DNA of 64,000 bases from Patescibacteria group bacterium (GTDB lineage Bacteria; Patescibacteriota; Gracilibacteria; UBA4473), in NCBI GenBank assembly GCA_965660445.1, contig CBFIAK010000001.1, positions 704,001 through 768,000 of the forward strand. The letters are read 5' to 3'. The translations under genes were made by a program, and so were the position numbers. The stretch's first letter is position 1; the number at the start of each line of letters is the position of its first letter. Shown here piece after piece: positions 1 through 10,074 of the stretch. Under the pieces are notes generated by a model, which did no database searches, was not told the origin of the DNA, and was given only the letters and a program-made list of their open reading frames with translations.

Positions 1-1306
1 CTTCTGCATTAAATAAAAGGTTTACTAAATGCTGTCCAAGTTCATTATATCCAGCCACTGCATTTTCAAGATGTTCACCACTCAATTCTGTTTTATTCCA
101 AACAAAGTCTTCTGTTTTCCAGTAGAGTAATTCGTACCCATATTTTGTATCCGTTACTGTTTCCAGTGATTCATCTGTTTTATTTATAATTTCAATAATA
201 TGAAACCCAAATTCGGTTTCTACCACTTCTGGTAAAAGTCCTGTCGAATCAGCTGTAAAAACAGCTTCATCAAATGCACCCGTCATGTCCCCACGACCAA
301 ACGTTCCTAAATTTCCTCCTGAAGTTTGAGCTGCCGGTTCTGTTGAATACTCTATGGCTTTATCAGCAAATGTTTCGGTACCTTCTATTTGTAGCGTTGC
401 TAAAAGTTCTTCAGCGGCTGTTAATGCGTCTTCTCGTGTTTCATATAGCACATCTTCAGGGGCTCTAAGGGCTCCTTTGTATCCAAACAATATATGTCGG
501 GCTTCTGCACTTGCCTCCACTACTTTTTCTCGTGTTTCTTCTGTATGAGATGTAACATACACTAATGCGATAATTGGTTCTGGATATGCTACGATACTTA
601 ATTCTCCTTCTGGAGAAATAGTCGTTTGCATTTCTGTTTGCGTTTCAATTATTTCAGGAATTATTGTATAAGCAGGAGTTTGAGATATTTTTTCTGCCAA
701 TGCAGGATCTAAAATTTCATCGCTAAAATAAGGACCAAATGATTCTTGATGGGCCATTTGATCGTCAAGTAAAACTCGGCTTACTACTTCTTCCCAAGGT
801 TGTGATTCTAGCTCAACCAAAAGTCCTGCCATCGAAATTCTTTTTTGGTTTAACTGTTCTGGCATTTCTTCAAAGAACTCAAGACGATTATCTTTTTCCG
901 CGTCTTGTTTTGCTTTCTCAACATTGGCTGTTGGAGGCATCTGAATAATAACATGTTCTTGATTATCAACTTGTGAACGCTGAACGACAATTTCACCAAC
1001 TCCGGCAGGATTAACACGAGCTTCTAAACTATCTCTTACCGATTCAGCAATTGTTTGAATATCGACATCATTTTGTGGATCATCATCAGCATTTTGAGCA
1101 TATGCATCAGTAAGATCAATACGATAATCAAGCTCAGTTCCACCAGCAAGATCTAATCCCAAAAGCACCTTATACTCTGATAATTTTTGAGTCAGAGCAT
1201 TGACTCCAAACACAGACTCAAGATGAGTAGAGGGGAGTGCTATAAGAAGCGAAAAAAAGAAAATCCCAACAAGAATAAGAAAACGGTTTCGAATTTGGTT
1301 TTTCAT
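1..1306 (-). CDS. secD: Protein translocase subunit SecD (5' part, runs off window) with inserted parvulin-type PPIase domain
   Basis: Not in ORF track (no stop inside window). Manual translation from ATG 1306: MKNQIRNRFLILVGIFFF (TM) ...LLGLDLAGGTEL (SecD signature)...EARHILF...SGGNLGTFGRGDMTGAFDEAVF...VETEFGFHII (rotamase)...NLLFNAE. Confidence 0.9.
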   Translation of the reverse strand, partial: MKNQIRNRFLILVGIFFFSLLIALPSTHLESVFGVNALTQKLSEYKVLLGLDLAGGTELDYRIDLTDAYAQNADDDPQNDVDIQTIAESVRDSLEARVNPAGVGEIVVQRSQVDNQEHVIIQMPPTANVEKAKQDAEKDNRLEFFEEMPEQLNQKRISMAGLLVELESQPWEEVVSRVLLDDQMAHQESFGPYFSDEILDPALAEKISQTPAYTIIPEIIETQTEMQTTISPEGELSIVAYPEPIIALVYVTSHTEETREKVVEASAEARHILFGYKGALRAPEDVLYETREDALTAAEELLATLQIEGTETFADKAIEYSTEPAAQTSGGNLGTFGRGDMTGAFDEAVFTADSTGLLPEVVETEFGFHIIEIINKTDESLETVTDTKYGYELLYWKTEDFVWNKTELSGEHLENAVAGYNELGQHLVNLLFNAE

Positions 1307-1592
1307 ATACAACAAGAAAAAAAGTATTCAATTGCCGAAGAATTGTAAAAAAAAATATTTTTTCGTCAAAGAAAAACCTAAAAGAAAAAAAATATTGCCT
1401 AAAAACTAAAAAAAGAAAACAATACAAACAAAGACCAAAAGAACATTCATTGACTTTTGTTTTCTTTTGGTTTATTTATATACTATAGTTCTTTTACAGC
1501 AAGCGAATAAAAAGGTAGTAATGAGAAAATCAAAATGATTACTCTCGTTACTCCACAAAACGTTTTTTTATCAAAAATAAAGGAGTTCTCTC

Positions 1593-2459
1593 ATGAGCAA
1601 ATTAAAAGACGAATACGAAGCAGTGTATCATATAGATGATATTCTCGTAAACGACTGTAACACGGCACAATCAGTATTTCTAGATGATTATTCATCTGAA
1701 TTGCGAGAAGAAAATAGCGTTGATGGCATTATAATATTGCGAAAAAATGGAAAATGCATATTAGCTCCTGTTAATGTTATGCAAGATGGTTTATCCATGG
1801 ATGACCTATACGATGAATTGAAAAGAAGAGGGTATTATGAAATAACCCCCATTAATAAAAAAAGTTTGCAAGAACTTTTTAATATCGCCCAAAACATGGA
1901 AGACCTTATCAATGAAGATCCGACATTCTATGATTTTGATGAGAATGATGAGTTCTCATTAGAAGAATTTGAAGATCATGTAGGGGGGCTTATAAAAGAA
2001 GGAGTATATATCGATGATATATCTGATAAAAGCCGGCAAAAAAGAATTGGGACAGCAGATATTGCTTCACAAAACGATTTTATTCGATGTTATATTTCTA
2101 AAATTGAAAAATATAAAAATCGAACAGAATCTATCTCTGAGTTGTATTCTTATATAAAAGAATTACAAGGAGACCGGTTTGAAGAGGATATTTTCTCAAT
2201 CGCCTTGCATGCTTATTTTATGTTTCACTCTATTCCCAAAAGTGATGATGAAAATGAATGCATAGAAGTTGATAGTCATTATCTGCAATGGCAGTTGGAA
2301 TATCAACTGATAAATAGGTTTCAAATACAACACTATACAATTGCTCTGGAGTATATATTCAATCATATGAATATAGAACTCATTGATTCTTCGATTGATT
2401 TTGAGAAAAAGATAGAAGATATCTTAACAAAAAAAATCATAGGGAAAATAGCTCTATAA
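1593..2459 (+). CDS. Hypothetical acidic protein (orphan, SD-led)
   Basis: 288-aa ORF, AAGGAG at 1580-1585, terminator hairpin after; no recognised motif. Confidence 0.75.
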   Translation: MSKLKDEYEAVYHIDDILVNDCNTAQSVFLDDYSSELREENSVDGIIILRKNGKCILAPVNVMQDGLSMDDLYDELKRRGYYEITPINKKSLQELFNIAQNMEDLINEDPTFYDFDENDEFSLEEFEDHVGGLIKEGVYIDDISDKSRQKRIGTADIASQNDFIRCYISKIEKYKNRTESISELYSYIKELQGDRFEEDIFSIALHAYFMFHSIPKSDDENECIEVDSHYLQWQLEYQLINRFQIQHYTIALEYIFNHMNIELIDSSIDFEKKIEDILTKKIIGKIAL

Positions 2460-2475
2460 AAAAACAGATCTACAC

Positions 2476-2509
2476 GACCATTCTCTTTTTAGATGAATGG
2501 TCTTTTTTT
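2476..2509 (+). terminator. Intrinsic terminator
   Basis: gaccattc...gaatggtc stem followed by T7. Confidence 0.7.
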
Positions 2510-2545
2510 GTTTGAATTCTCCTCTATTTGTGGTATAATCATGAG

Positions 2546-3601
2546 ATGTCAAAAAAACAAAATATACTTTCGGTTGTATTCACAGTTCTTCTTTTTGGTG
2601 GGGGAATATCAGCACAATCTCTTTTTCAGTTTCGATATTTTGAAACACATGAAGCGTTTGAAAAACAATACGTAGAAACCATTCAGCAGTATCAACAAGC
2701 AGAAAAAGATTATAGCGATGCTTTTAATCGAATGACCGGAAGCTGTAACCAAAAACTACAAACTCGGTGTCAATACGTTCAGGATAAAGCTATGGACATG
2801 AATGAACTTGATCCAAATGGGTCTCTTTTTTGTAAACAAGTTGAATGTTATAATGCGTATGGATCATATCTTGAAAACATCCACAATCCATTCTCATTGA
2901 GTGGATGCCAACAACGAGATAAAGCATTAAGTTCATGCGATCAACAAAAAGATCATCGCCAAGATAATTTTATAAAACTTGGTATGCGAGAAGGATATAC
3001 CTATATTATACCTCCAAAAGCGCCATTCTATAAAATTCAACAGATGATCCAAGCTCAAAATATGGCATATGATGCTGGATTTTCAACCGAAGAAGCGAAA
3101 GAAATCGTTTATCAGCTCAATGTAGAGAATGGAACATGGAACCCAACTCATTTAGGAGACCCTTGGTGTCGAGCTCGAAACGGGAAAGAAGATTATTGTT
3201 TTAAACTCCAACAACGAGGTATTGGGGTTGAACGAGTGCTTCATTATTGTTCTTTTGGACTTGTGCAATACAACACCTGTATTCATCACAATGTAAAAGC
3301 AGAAGATTTTATCGCCAACCCTGAAAATAGAATCTGGATTGATTCACACTATCAAATGAAACGATTAATTGATTTCTTAGTCGATAAAAAAACAGAGTAT
3401 GGAAACTTCAAACAAGCACAAGTTCATTGGAATTTTCCAGTAGCAGCACAACAAGGAGCTTATAAATCAGTAGCCTATTACAACCGACTTTCAAACATGA
3501 AAGAGAAGTTTAATTCTCCTGAAGACGAGCTTGGTGCTATTGAAATCACCATTCCAGCACGAAATAATAATATCGGAGAAAGTGAAGACAAATCCTTATA
3601 A
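2546..3601 (+). CDS. Secreted Cys-rich protein with putative lysozyme-like/lytic transglycosylase C-terminal domain
   Basis: Signal peptide MSKKQNILSVVFTVLLFGGGISAQ; VENGTWNP and SFGLVQY resemble SLT motifs ES..NP and GLMQ; start moved to ATG 6 nt after TGgTATAAT. Confidence 0.55.
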   Translation: MSKKQNILSVVFTVLLFGGGISAQSLFQFRYFETHEAFEKQYVETIQQYQQAEKDYSDAFNRMTGSCNQKLQTRCQYVQDKAMDMNELDPNGSLFCKQVECYNAYGSYLENIHNPFSLSGCQQRDKALSSCDQQKDHRQDNFIKLGMREGYTYIIPPKAPFYKIQQMIQAQNMAYDAGFSTEEAKEIVYQLNVENGTWNPTHLGDPWCRARNGKEDYCFKLQQRGIGVERVLHYCSFGLVQYNTCIHHNVKAEDFIANPENRIWIDSHYQMKRLIDFLVDKKTEYGNFKQAQVHWNFPVAAQQGAYKSVAYYNRLSNMKEKFNSPEDELGAIEITIPARNNNIGESEDKSL

Positions 3602-3696
3602 AAAAATTGACAAAAGCATAAAAATATTATATAAATTTTCTGATCTTTGATAACAAAACGATAGTAAAAATTATTCCATTAAAAAAAGGAGTCTTT

Positions 3697-3930
3697 ATGC
3701 AAAATGCATACATAACGCATAGAAGTGCTATATTCTTAGCACAAAAACCCCACATAAAAAAAACAAACGAAGACTTTCGAACACTGGAAGATATCAATCA
3801 GTGCGAAAAAAAATGTCAAAACATACTCGGTCAAGAATTTGATTCAGAGATGTTCCACATGGCACTTTTTGAGCACATTGAAAATCCAAATGAAGTCTTT
3901 GACTTGAAAAATGGGGAAACTATTCACTAA
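3697..3930 (+). CDS. Small hypothetical protein (orphan, SD-led)
   Basis: TTGACA-17-TATAAA at 3607-3635, AAGGAG 3686-3691, terminator after. Confidence 0.7.
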   Translation: MQNAYITHRSAIFLAQKPHIKKTNEDFRTLEDINQCEKKCQNILGQEFDSEMFHMALFEHIENPNEVFDLKNGETIH

Positions 3931-3942
3931 AAAAGATCACTG

Positions 3943-3972
3943 AACCGACTGCGCAAACAGTCGGTTTTTTTT
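3943..3972 (+). terminator. Intrinsic terminator
   Basis: aaccgactg-cgcaaa-cagtcggtt plus T-run. Confidence 0.8.
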
Positions 3973-6031
3973 ACAAAAAAGACATCTGCGAATTCTGTTG
4001 AGTATTATCATTGACTCTTGTTTTCCCAAACAGGCTTAGTACATCTGATTCTTCTAATACGGGTATGGAAATCTCTTCTGCTTTTTTCTTTTTCGATCCT
4101 GCTTTGTCTCCAGCAAAAACAAAATCAACCTGCGAAGAAACTGCTGAAAGTACTTTTCCACCCATTTTTTGAATCTGTTGTTTTAGTTCATCTCGACTCA
4201 TACTTTGAAAGGTTCCAGTAAGAACTATTTTTTTACCAGAAAGTGGCGTTTGTTTTTCATCAGCAACAACAACCGATTCAAAACGAATCCCCACAGCCGA
4301 CAACTCTGAAAACAATATATGAGTTAGAGGATCATTAAAAAAAGAATACACATGTTGCGCTACGGTTTCCCCAATGCCATCGAGTGAAAGGATGTCTTCA
4401 ATGGAGAGCGTACTGACTTTTTCAGGAAGAAGTGCTAAATCCAAAACTCCAAAAGTATCAATAAAAAAATGAGCTAGTATTTCTGCTGTTTCTGATCCCA
4501 CATTGCGAATACCGAGAGCCGTCAATAATTGCCCCAAAGGAAATATTTTTCGAGACTCAAGAACATCCAATACGTTATACACTTTCTTATGCTTAAATCC
4601 CGGAAGAAGTGCTAAATCATGTTGATCAAGTTTCCAAAAATCAGCAAACCCCTGAATCAATTTTTTTTCGTATAAAGCGATAATTGTTTTTTCTCCTAAT
4701 CCTTCTAAATCCAATGTCTGCACAAAATACAAAAGTCGAGCCTTTCTTTGTGCCTCACAGTGTATGTTCTCACATCGATAAACTTTTTCAGAAGTAGACA
4801 GAACGCTTTTGCAGACTGGACAATGAGTTGGAATATCAATATTTGTTTCTTTTCCTGAGCGTAAATGAACAATCGGTTCAATAACTTCTGGAATAATATC
4901 ACCCGCTTTATGGACTAAAACAGTATCACCAATACGAATATCCTTTCTTAATACTTCATCCATAGTATGAAGTGTTGCTTTTTGCACCAAAGACCCCGAA
5001 ATAGAAACTGGTTTCAACACTGCAACGGGAGTAATAGCGCCTGTACGCCCTACTTGAAACTCTACATGAAGAAGCTCTGTATGTTTTTGCTCAGCAGGAA
5101 ATTTCCAAGCAACAGCATATTTAACTGTTTTTGCAGTCGAACCAAGACGCTCTCGAAAAGAAAAATCATGAACTTTTACCACAATTCCATCAATATCATA
5201 CTCAATATCATTTCGTTTTAATCCATCCGACCAAGAAAGACAAAAGTCAAGAACCGATTGAATATCAGAAAATACAAAAAACTTTTTTTCATATGGAATG
5301 GTCATCGAATCAAAAAAAGCAAATAGATCTGTTTGATTGTTTATATCTTGATCGGTATTCACTGTGTCATAGAAAAACATTCTCAAATGACGGTCATGAG
5401 CAACAGAAGGGTCAAGTTGTCGTACCGATCCAGCAGCTAAATTGCGTGCATTCGCAAATTTATTATCCACAGGAAGGTTTCTGTTTATATTCTCAAAATC
5501 TTGACGCGTAATAAAACACTCCCCCATAATTTCTAAAGAAAGAGGTAATGGAAGTTTAAGAGGTATATTTTCACAGGTTCGAATCGTATGAGTAACATCT
5601 TCGCCCTGAACGCCATCTCCACGAGTAAGGGCTTGAGTTAAAACACCGTTTTCATAACGCACAACAATATGAATACCATCAATCTTTAATTCGCAAGAAT
5701 ACTGAAGCTCATCAACCTTTAAAAATCTTTTTACACGCAAATCAAAATCGAGAAGTTCTTGAGCATCAAACACATCCGATAATGAATATCTTCTTTGTGT
5801 ATGAATCACTTTTGGTAGTTTCGAATCAAGCACAACTCCAACCCGTTGAGTAGGGGAGTCCTGTGTAATAAATTGAGGATAGTGTGTTTCAAGATCAATC
5901 AATTCTTTTTTTAATTGATCACGCACCGACTCTGGAAAAAGAGTTGTATTATCATTAAAATAAGCCGCATTCCATTTATTTATTTGCTGACGCAAAGTTT
6001 CTATTCGATTTTTCGCAGACATATCATCCAT
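3971..6031 (-). CDS. ligA: NAD-dependent DNA ligase
   Basis: ELKIDG adenylation motif, TRGDG, GRTGAITP, CPVC zinc finger, C-terminal BRCT; start trimmed to ATG 6031. Confidence 0.97.
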   Translation of the reverse strand: MDDMSAKNRIETLRQQINKWNAAYFNDNTTLFPESVRDQLKKELIDLETHYPQFITQDSPTQRVGVVLDSKLPKVIHTQRRYSLSDVFDAQELLDFDLRVKRFLKVDELQYSCELKIDGIHIVVRYENGVLTQALTRGDGVQGEDVTHTIRTCENIPLKLPLPLSLEIMGECFITRQDFENINRNLPVDNKFANARNLAAGSVRQLDPSVAHDRHLRMFFYDTVNTDQDINNQTDLFAFFDSMTIPYEKKFFVFSDIQSVLDFCLSWSDGLKRNDIEYDIDGIVVKVHDFSFRERLGSTAKTVKYAVAWKFPAEQKHTELLHVEFQVGRTGAITPVAVLKPVSISGSLVQKATLHTMDEVLRKDIRIGDTVLVHKAGDIIPEVIEPIVHLRSGKETNIDIPTHCPVCKSVLSTSEKVYRCENIHCEAQRKARLLYFVQTLDLEGLGEKTIIALYEKKLIQGFADFWKLDQHDLALLPGFKHKKVYNVLDVLESRKIFPLGQLLTALGIRNVGSETAEILAHFFIDTFGVLDLALLPEKVSTLSIEDILSLDGIGETVAQHVYSFFNDPLTHILFSELSAVGIRFESVVVADEKQTPLSGKKIVLTGTFQSMSRDELKQQIQKMGGKVLSAVSSQVDFVFAGDKAGSKKKKAEEISIPVLEESDVLSLFGKTRVNDNTQQNSQMSFL

Positions 6032-6115
6032 TGGCAAAAGTATATCAAAAACAAAAAAACCAGTCACATAAAAACTGGATTTCTTGTTCTTCTAAAAAGA
6101 AAAAATATTTGTTTA

Positions 6116-6340
6116 TTATTTCGAGTATCGAACAAATGGCAAAAGCCCCATAATACGAGCTTTTTTAGTTGCATTTGCTAACTGTTTTTGGTGTTTAAGA
6201 CATGTTCCTGTATGAAACCGACTTTGCAATGAACGATAATAGGTAATATATCGACTTAATGTTTTTACATCTTTATAGTCAATAAGATTTGCATTGTTCA
6301 TACAGAAGTCACAGAGAAATTTTTTTGGTTTTGGAGGCAT
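6116..6340 (-). CDS. rpsR: 30S ribosomal protein S18 (Zn-binding C+ form)
   Basis: CDFC...IDYKDV...TGTCLKHQKQLANATKKARIMGLLPF. Confidence 0.95.
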   Translation of the reverse strand: MPPKPKKFLCDFCMNNANLIDYKDVKTLSRYITYYRSLQSRFHTGTCLKHQKQLANATKKARIMGLLPFVRYSK

Positions 6341-6371
6341 AATAATGAAAGGATTAAAAAAACAAGAAAGA

Positions 6372-6920
6372 CTAAAGATCCAATGAAGAATCCTCTAAAA
6401 TTTTATCAAGTTTATTATCAAGAGCATTTTTTGTGTCTTGAGTCATACTTTTCGCTTCTTTTGCTTCAGGTTCTGTTTTTTTAGATTCTGAGACAGCAGG
6501 AGCTGAAGGTCGTTTTGCTGGTGATTTTTGCTCAACATTTTGAATCTCTTTTTCTTTTTCAAGAGCGGTCCACTCTTTTTTTACATCACTGTAGAGTCGT
6601 GGTTTTGGAGCACGAGGATCAACCTTGCTCACCATAAAACGAACGATAGTATTTTCTAAAGCCCAATCAGTTTTGAGTTCTGTAAGTTCTTTTTTTTCAA
6701 GCTCAAACTGAGCGACAAAATAATATCCCCATTTTTGCTTTTTAATAATATAAGCAAACCCACGTTCACCCCAAAAATCTTCAAAGGTAATGGTACCTCC
6801 TACTGATTTCACTTTTTGAACAAATTGTTCTTGCGCATACGCTTCCGCCGATTTTTTATCGAGGCTATTGGCGATAATAGCCATAATTTCGTACTTTTGT
6901 ACGGTTTCTGATTCTGACAT
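6372..6920 (-). CDS. rpsF: 30S ribosomal protein S6 with long C-terminal extension
   Basis: KYEIMAI...WGERGFAYIIKK..GYY...IVRFMV; upstream of rpsR. Confidence 0.92.
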   Translation of the reverse strand: MSESETVQKYEIMAIIANSLDKKSAEAYAQEQFVQKVKSVGGTITFEDFWGERGFAYIIKKQKWGYYFVAQFELEKKELTELKTDWALENTIVRFMVSKVDPRAPKPRLYSDVKKEWTALEKEKEIQNVEQKSPAKRPSAPAVSESKKTEPEAKEAKSMTQDTKNALDNKLDKILEDSSLDL

Positions 6921-6947
6921 GCTTTCTGGTCGGTTAAAAAATAAAGA

Positions 6948-6999
6948 AGATTATCCGGCGCATATTAAGATTTTAATATGGGCAAAGCTTCCGTAATCT
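6948..6999 (-). promoter_or_regulatory. Putative S6:S18-type leader hairpin
   Basis: agatta/taatct, cgg/ccg and catattaa/ttaatatg stems with ctttgccc, in the rpsF 5' UTR. Confidence 0.5.
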
Positions 7000-7086
7000 A
7001 TTGATTTTAAAATATTTGGCAACCTTTTTTTGAAAAACAAAGAAAAAAACTTGAAATATTCTTACTTTTCAGAAAAAGTAAAAGCC

Positions 7087-7953
7087 ATGAACCAACACGG
7101 ATTTTTATGTATCGACAAACCAAAAGGAATAACCAGTTTTGCAGTATGTCACCATATACGAAAACAACTCGGCATCAAAAAAGTAGGACACACCGGAACA
7201 CTTGACCCTTTTGCAACAGGACTTCTCGTTGTCGCTACGGGGAAAGCAACAAAATGTATTCCATACCTTGAGAAATCAAAAAAAACATATCAAACTGTTC
7301 TCGCTTTAGGAGCAGAAACAGAAACGCTTGATTGTGATTCAGAGGTTATTGAAAGAGAAACAAAAGACATTCCAATCCCAACGCAAAAAGATATACAAAC
7401 GGTTCTTGATACTCATTTTAAGGGAAGTATTCAACAAATACCCCCTCAATACTCAGCATTAAAGGTAGATGGAAAAAGAGCTTATGATCGAGCGAGAAAA
7501 GGGGAGTCTTTTACGCTCAAACCAAGAGAAACACATATTTTTCAAAGCAAAATTATCGACTACTCTTTCCCGCACATCACTATAGAACTAACGGTTTCTG
7601 CAGGATTCTATGTACGCAGTTTTGCTCGTGATTTAGGAAGAATTGTTTTTGGAGGTGGGTATTGTAAATCACTTCGCAGAACAGCTATTGATGACATATC
7701 CATTACACAGGCACAGAACATGAACGATTACTTCCAAGTTCAAGATGTTCAAAATATACTACAATTCCACACATTCCCCATTGAAGCAAACAGAATTCCT
7801 GATTTTATATCAGGACGAGCTTTTCGGGTATCCCACCCAGATCAAAAAAACATATGCATACAACACCAACAAAAAACGATAGGCATTGGACATATAATGC
7901 AGAACATGCTTCACCCACGTATTGTTCTTATTGATTCGTTAGGAGGACAATAA
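7087..7953 (+). CDS. truB: tRNA pseudouridine(55) synthase
   Basis: KVGHTGTLDPFATGLL, PPQYSALKVDGKRAY, SAGFYVRS. Confidence 0.96.
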   Translation: MNQHGFLCIDKPKGITSFAVCHHIRKQLGIKKVGHTGTLDPFATGLLVVATGKATKCIPYLEKSKKTYQTVLALGAETETLDCDSEVIERETKDIPIPTQKDIQTVLDTHFKGSIQQIPPQYSALKVDGKRAYDRARKGESFTLKPRETHIFQSKIIDYSFPHITIELTVSAGFYVRSFARDLGRIVFGGGYCKSLRRTAIDDISITQAQNMNDYFQVQDVQNILQFHTFPIEANRIPDFISGRAFRVSHPDQKNICIQHQQKTIGIGHIMQNMLHPRIVLIDSLGGQ

Positions 7954-10026
7954 AATTCCCAATACCCCATTTGCAGAAAAGACAGTTCCAAAAAGAAGAG
8001 ATAAAACCATCATTACTTTTATTAAAATATTCAAAGAAGGACCAGAAACATCTTTTAATGGATCACCAATAGCATCTCCAAGCATAGATGCTTTATAAAT
8101 TTTTGACGTCGGTTCCTCTGGAAGAGACGCCGTAATATATTTTTTTGCATTATCCCATGCTCCTCCTGCATGAGTCATAAAAAATGCCATCAATACCCCT
8201 GATATCAAAGATCCAACAAGTAATCCACCGAGAACAATAGAACCAAACAAGAAACCAGTAACAAGAGGCATAAAACACGCAAACAGAGAAGGAAGCATCA
8301 TATTGTGTAGCGACGATGTTGTCGCTTGATCCAAACACGCTTGTGAATGAGCATCATTTATTCCTTTTTGAATATAACTTTGCGAAGTACATTGAGACCG
8401 AATAACATCCATAAGTTGTAAGGCAACTGTTCGAACAGAAGTAAGAGTAAAAGCAGAAAATAAGAACGGAATCATACATCCTAAGAAAAGCCCAATAAGT
8501 ACTCGAGAATCCAAGATATCAAGTTCAAAAATATCCGCCGAAAGAGAATATGCTGCAAAAAGAGCAAGAGCGGTTAAAGCGGTTGAACCAATGGCAAATC
8601 CTTTCCCCATAGCAGCGGAAGTATTTCCGACCATGTCAAGCACATCTGTTTTTTGTAAGAGACTTTCTTCTAGTTTTGCCATTTGGGCAATACCTTTTGC
8701 GTTATCAACAACCGGTCCATATGCGCCAATAGCAAAAGTAATACCAAGTGTTGAAAGCATTCCCAATGCAGCAACCGCAATTCCAAAAAGTCCCGCAAAT
8801 GCGTAAGAAAAAAGAATAGCAAGAGCAATAAGCACCAAAGGAACAAATGTTGATCGAAATCCAACAATAAGTCCTGATAAAATATTCATCACCGCTCCTG
8901 TTCGAGAATTTTCAGCCAGTTCTTTTACAGGGGCAAATCGTTCAGATGTATAATATTCCGTAACCACATCCATAAGAACTCCTACTAATACTCCCAAAGA
9001 AAGAGACATAAAAACACTAAAAGAAGCATCTGAAATTTCTGTAATGGGCGTTTTTCCACTAAAGAAATACTCAGACAAAAAATACCCAAAGAGAACAACT
9101 GATAAAGAAGAAATCCATAATCCATTTTTCATAGCGGTATGAATAGTTCCAAATCGTCCAATACGAACAAAAAAGAGTCCGATAGCAGATGCGATGATTC
9201 CACACGCAGCAAAAACAAAAACAAAAAACAAAGCATCTGTTTTAAACTGCATATATCCTAAAATCAAAGCCGATATTAAAGACCCGACATACGATTCAAA
9301 AAGATCGGCTCCCATCCCAGCAATATCACCGACATTATCACCGACATTATTTGCAATTGTAGCTGGATTTTGAACATCATCTTCTGCAAGTCCCATTTCT
9401 ATTTTTCCGACCAAGTCAGAAGCAATATCTGATGCTTTTGTGTAAATACCTCCACCAATACGAGCAAAAAGAGCTAATGCAGAAGCCCCTAAACCAAATC
9501 CCACTAAAAGAGATAAGACTAAATGAATATCGTCAATACCAAACACATGCCAGAAAAGAAGAAACACCATAATAACCCCTAAAAGGGCTAATGATGCAAC
9601 AAAAAAACCCATAATAGCTGCCGAATGAAATGAAGAAAGAAATCCTGCATGAGTACCATGCGATTGTAAACGTTGTAAAGCTATTACATTTGCTCTTGTA
9701 GAAATTATCATACTCACTACTCCCGCAAGTCCACTCGTAAGAATTCCACATAAAAACGAAACCGATAACCAAACTCCATACCAAATATCAGAGTCATACC
9801 CTTGAGAAAGTGCGATTGAAAGCAGAAGAATAAACCCTCCAACAAATCCAGAGATATACAATGATTGTTTTTTTAGGAAATGAAATGCCCCTTTTTTGAT
9901 AGCGTCTACAAATGGAGAAAAAATCACATCAATCGGAACTTGAAAGAGGCGATATGCAGCAATAAAAGTGAATAACAATGCCCAAAAACTAATAATAAGA
10001 GGAAACGAAAACACTGTAAAATTCAT
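7939..10026 (-). CDS. hppA: Membrane-bound pyrophosphatase (likely K+-dependent Na+-type), divergent
   Basis: GGGIYTKASD..DLVGKIE, NVGDNVGD, ADLFESY, GNTSAA, GGAWDNAKK, GDPLKD; many TM segments. Confidence 0.9.
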   Translation of the reverse strand: MNFTVFSFPLIISFWALLFTFIAAYRLFQVPIDVIFSPFVDAIKKGAFHFLKKQSLYISGFVGGFILLLSIALSQGYDSDIWYGVWLSVSFLCGILTSGLAGVVSMIISTRANVIALQRLQSHGTHAGFLSSFHSAAIMGFFVASLALLGVIMVFLLFWHVFGIDDIHLVLSLLVGFGLGASALALFARIGGGIYTKASDIASDLVGKIEMGLAEDDVQNPATIANNVGDNVGDIAGMGADLFESYVGSLISALILGYMQFKTDALFFVFVFAACGIIASAIGLFFVRIGRFGTIHTAMKNGLWISSLSVVLFGYFLSEYFFSGKTPITEISDASFSVFMSLSLGVLVGVLMDVVTEYYTSERFAPVKELAENSRTGAVMNILSGLIVGFRSTFVPLVLIALAILFSYAFAGLFGIAVAALGMLSTLGITFAIGAYGPVVDNAKGIAQMAKLEESLLQKTDVLDMVGNTSAAMGKGFAIGSTALTALALFAAYSLSADIFELDILDSRVLIGLFLGCMIPFLFSAFTLTSVRTVALQLMDVIRSQCTSQSYIQKGINDAHSQACLDQATTSSLHNMMLPSLFACFMPLVTGFLFGSIVLGGLLVGSLISGVLMAFFMTHAGGAWDNAKKYITASLPEEPTSKIYKASMLGDAIGDPLKDVSGPSLNILIKVMMVLSLLFGTVFSANGVLGILLSS

Positions 10027-10074
10027 AAAAATGCAACTAAAAACCAAAAGAGTCTAGTGATGCACAAAAAAAAA

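Noticed and set aside
274-1427. Short ORFs 274, 354, 739 (+) and 1218..1427 (-)
   Set aside because: Antisense to, or out of frame with, secD.
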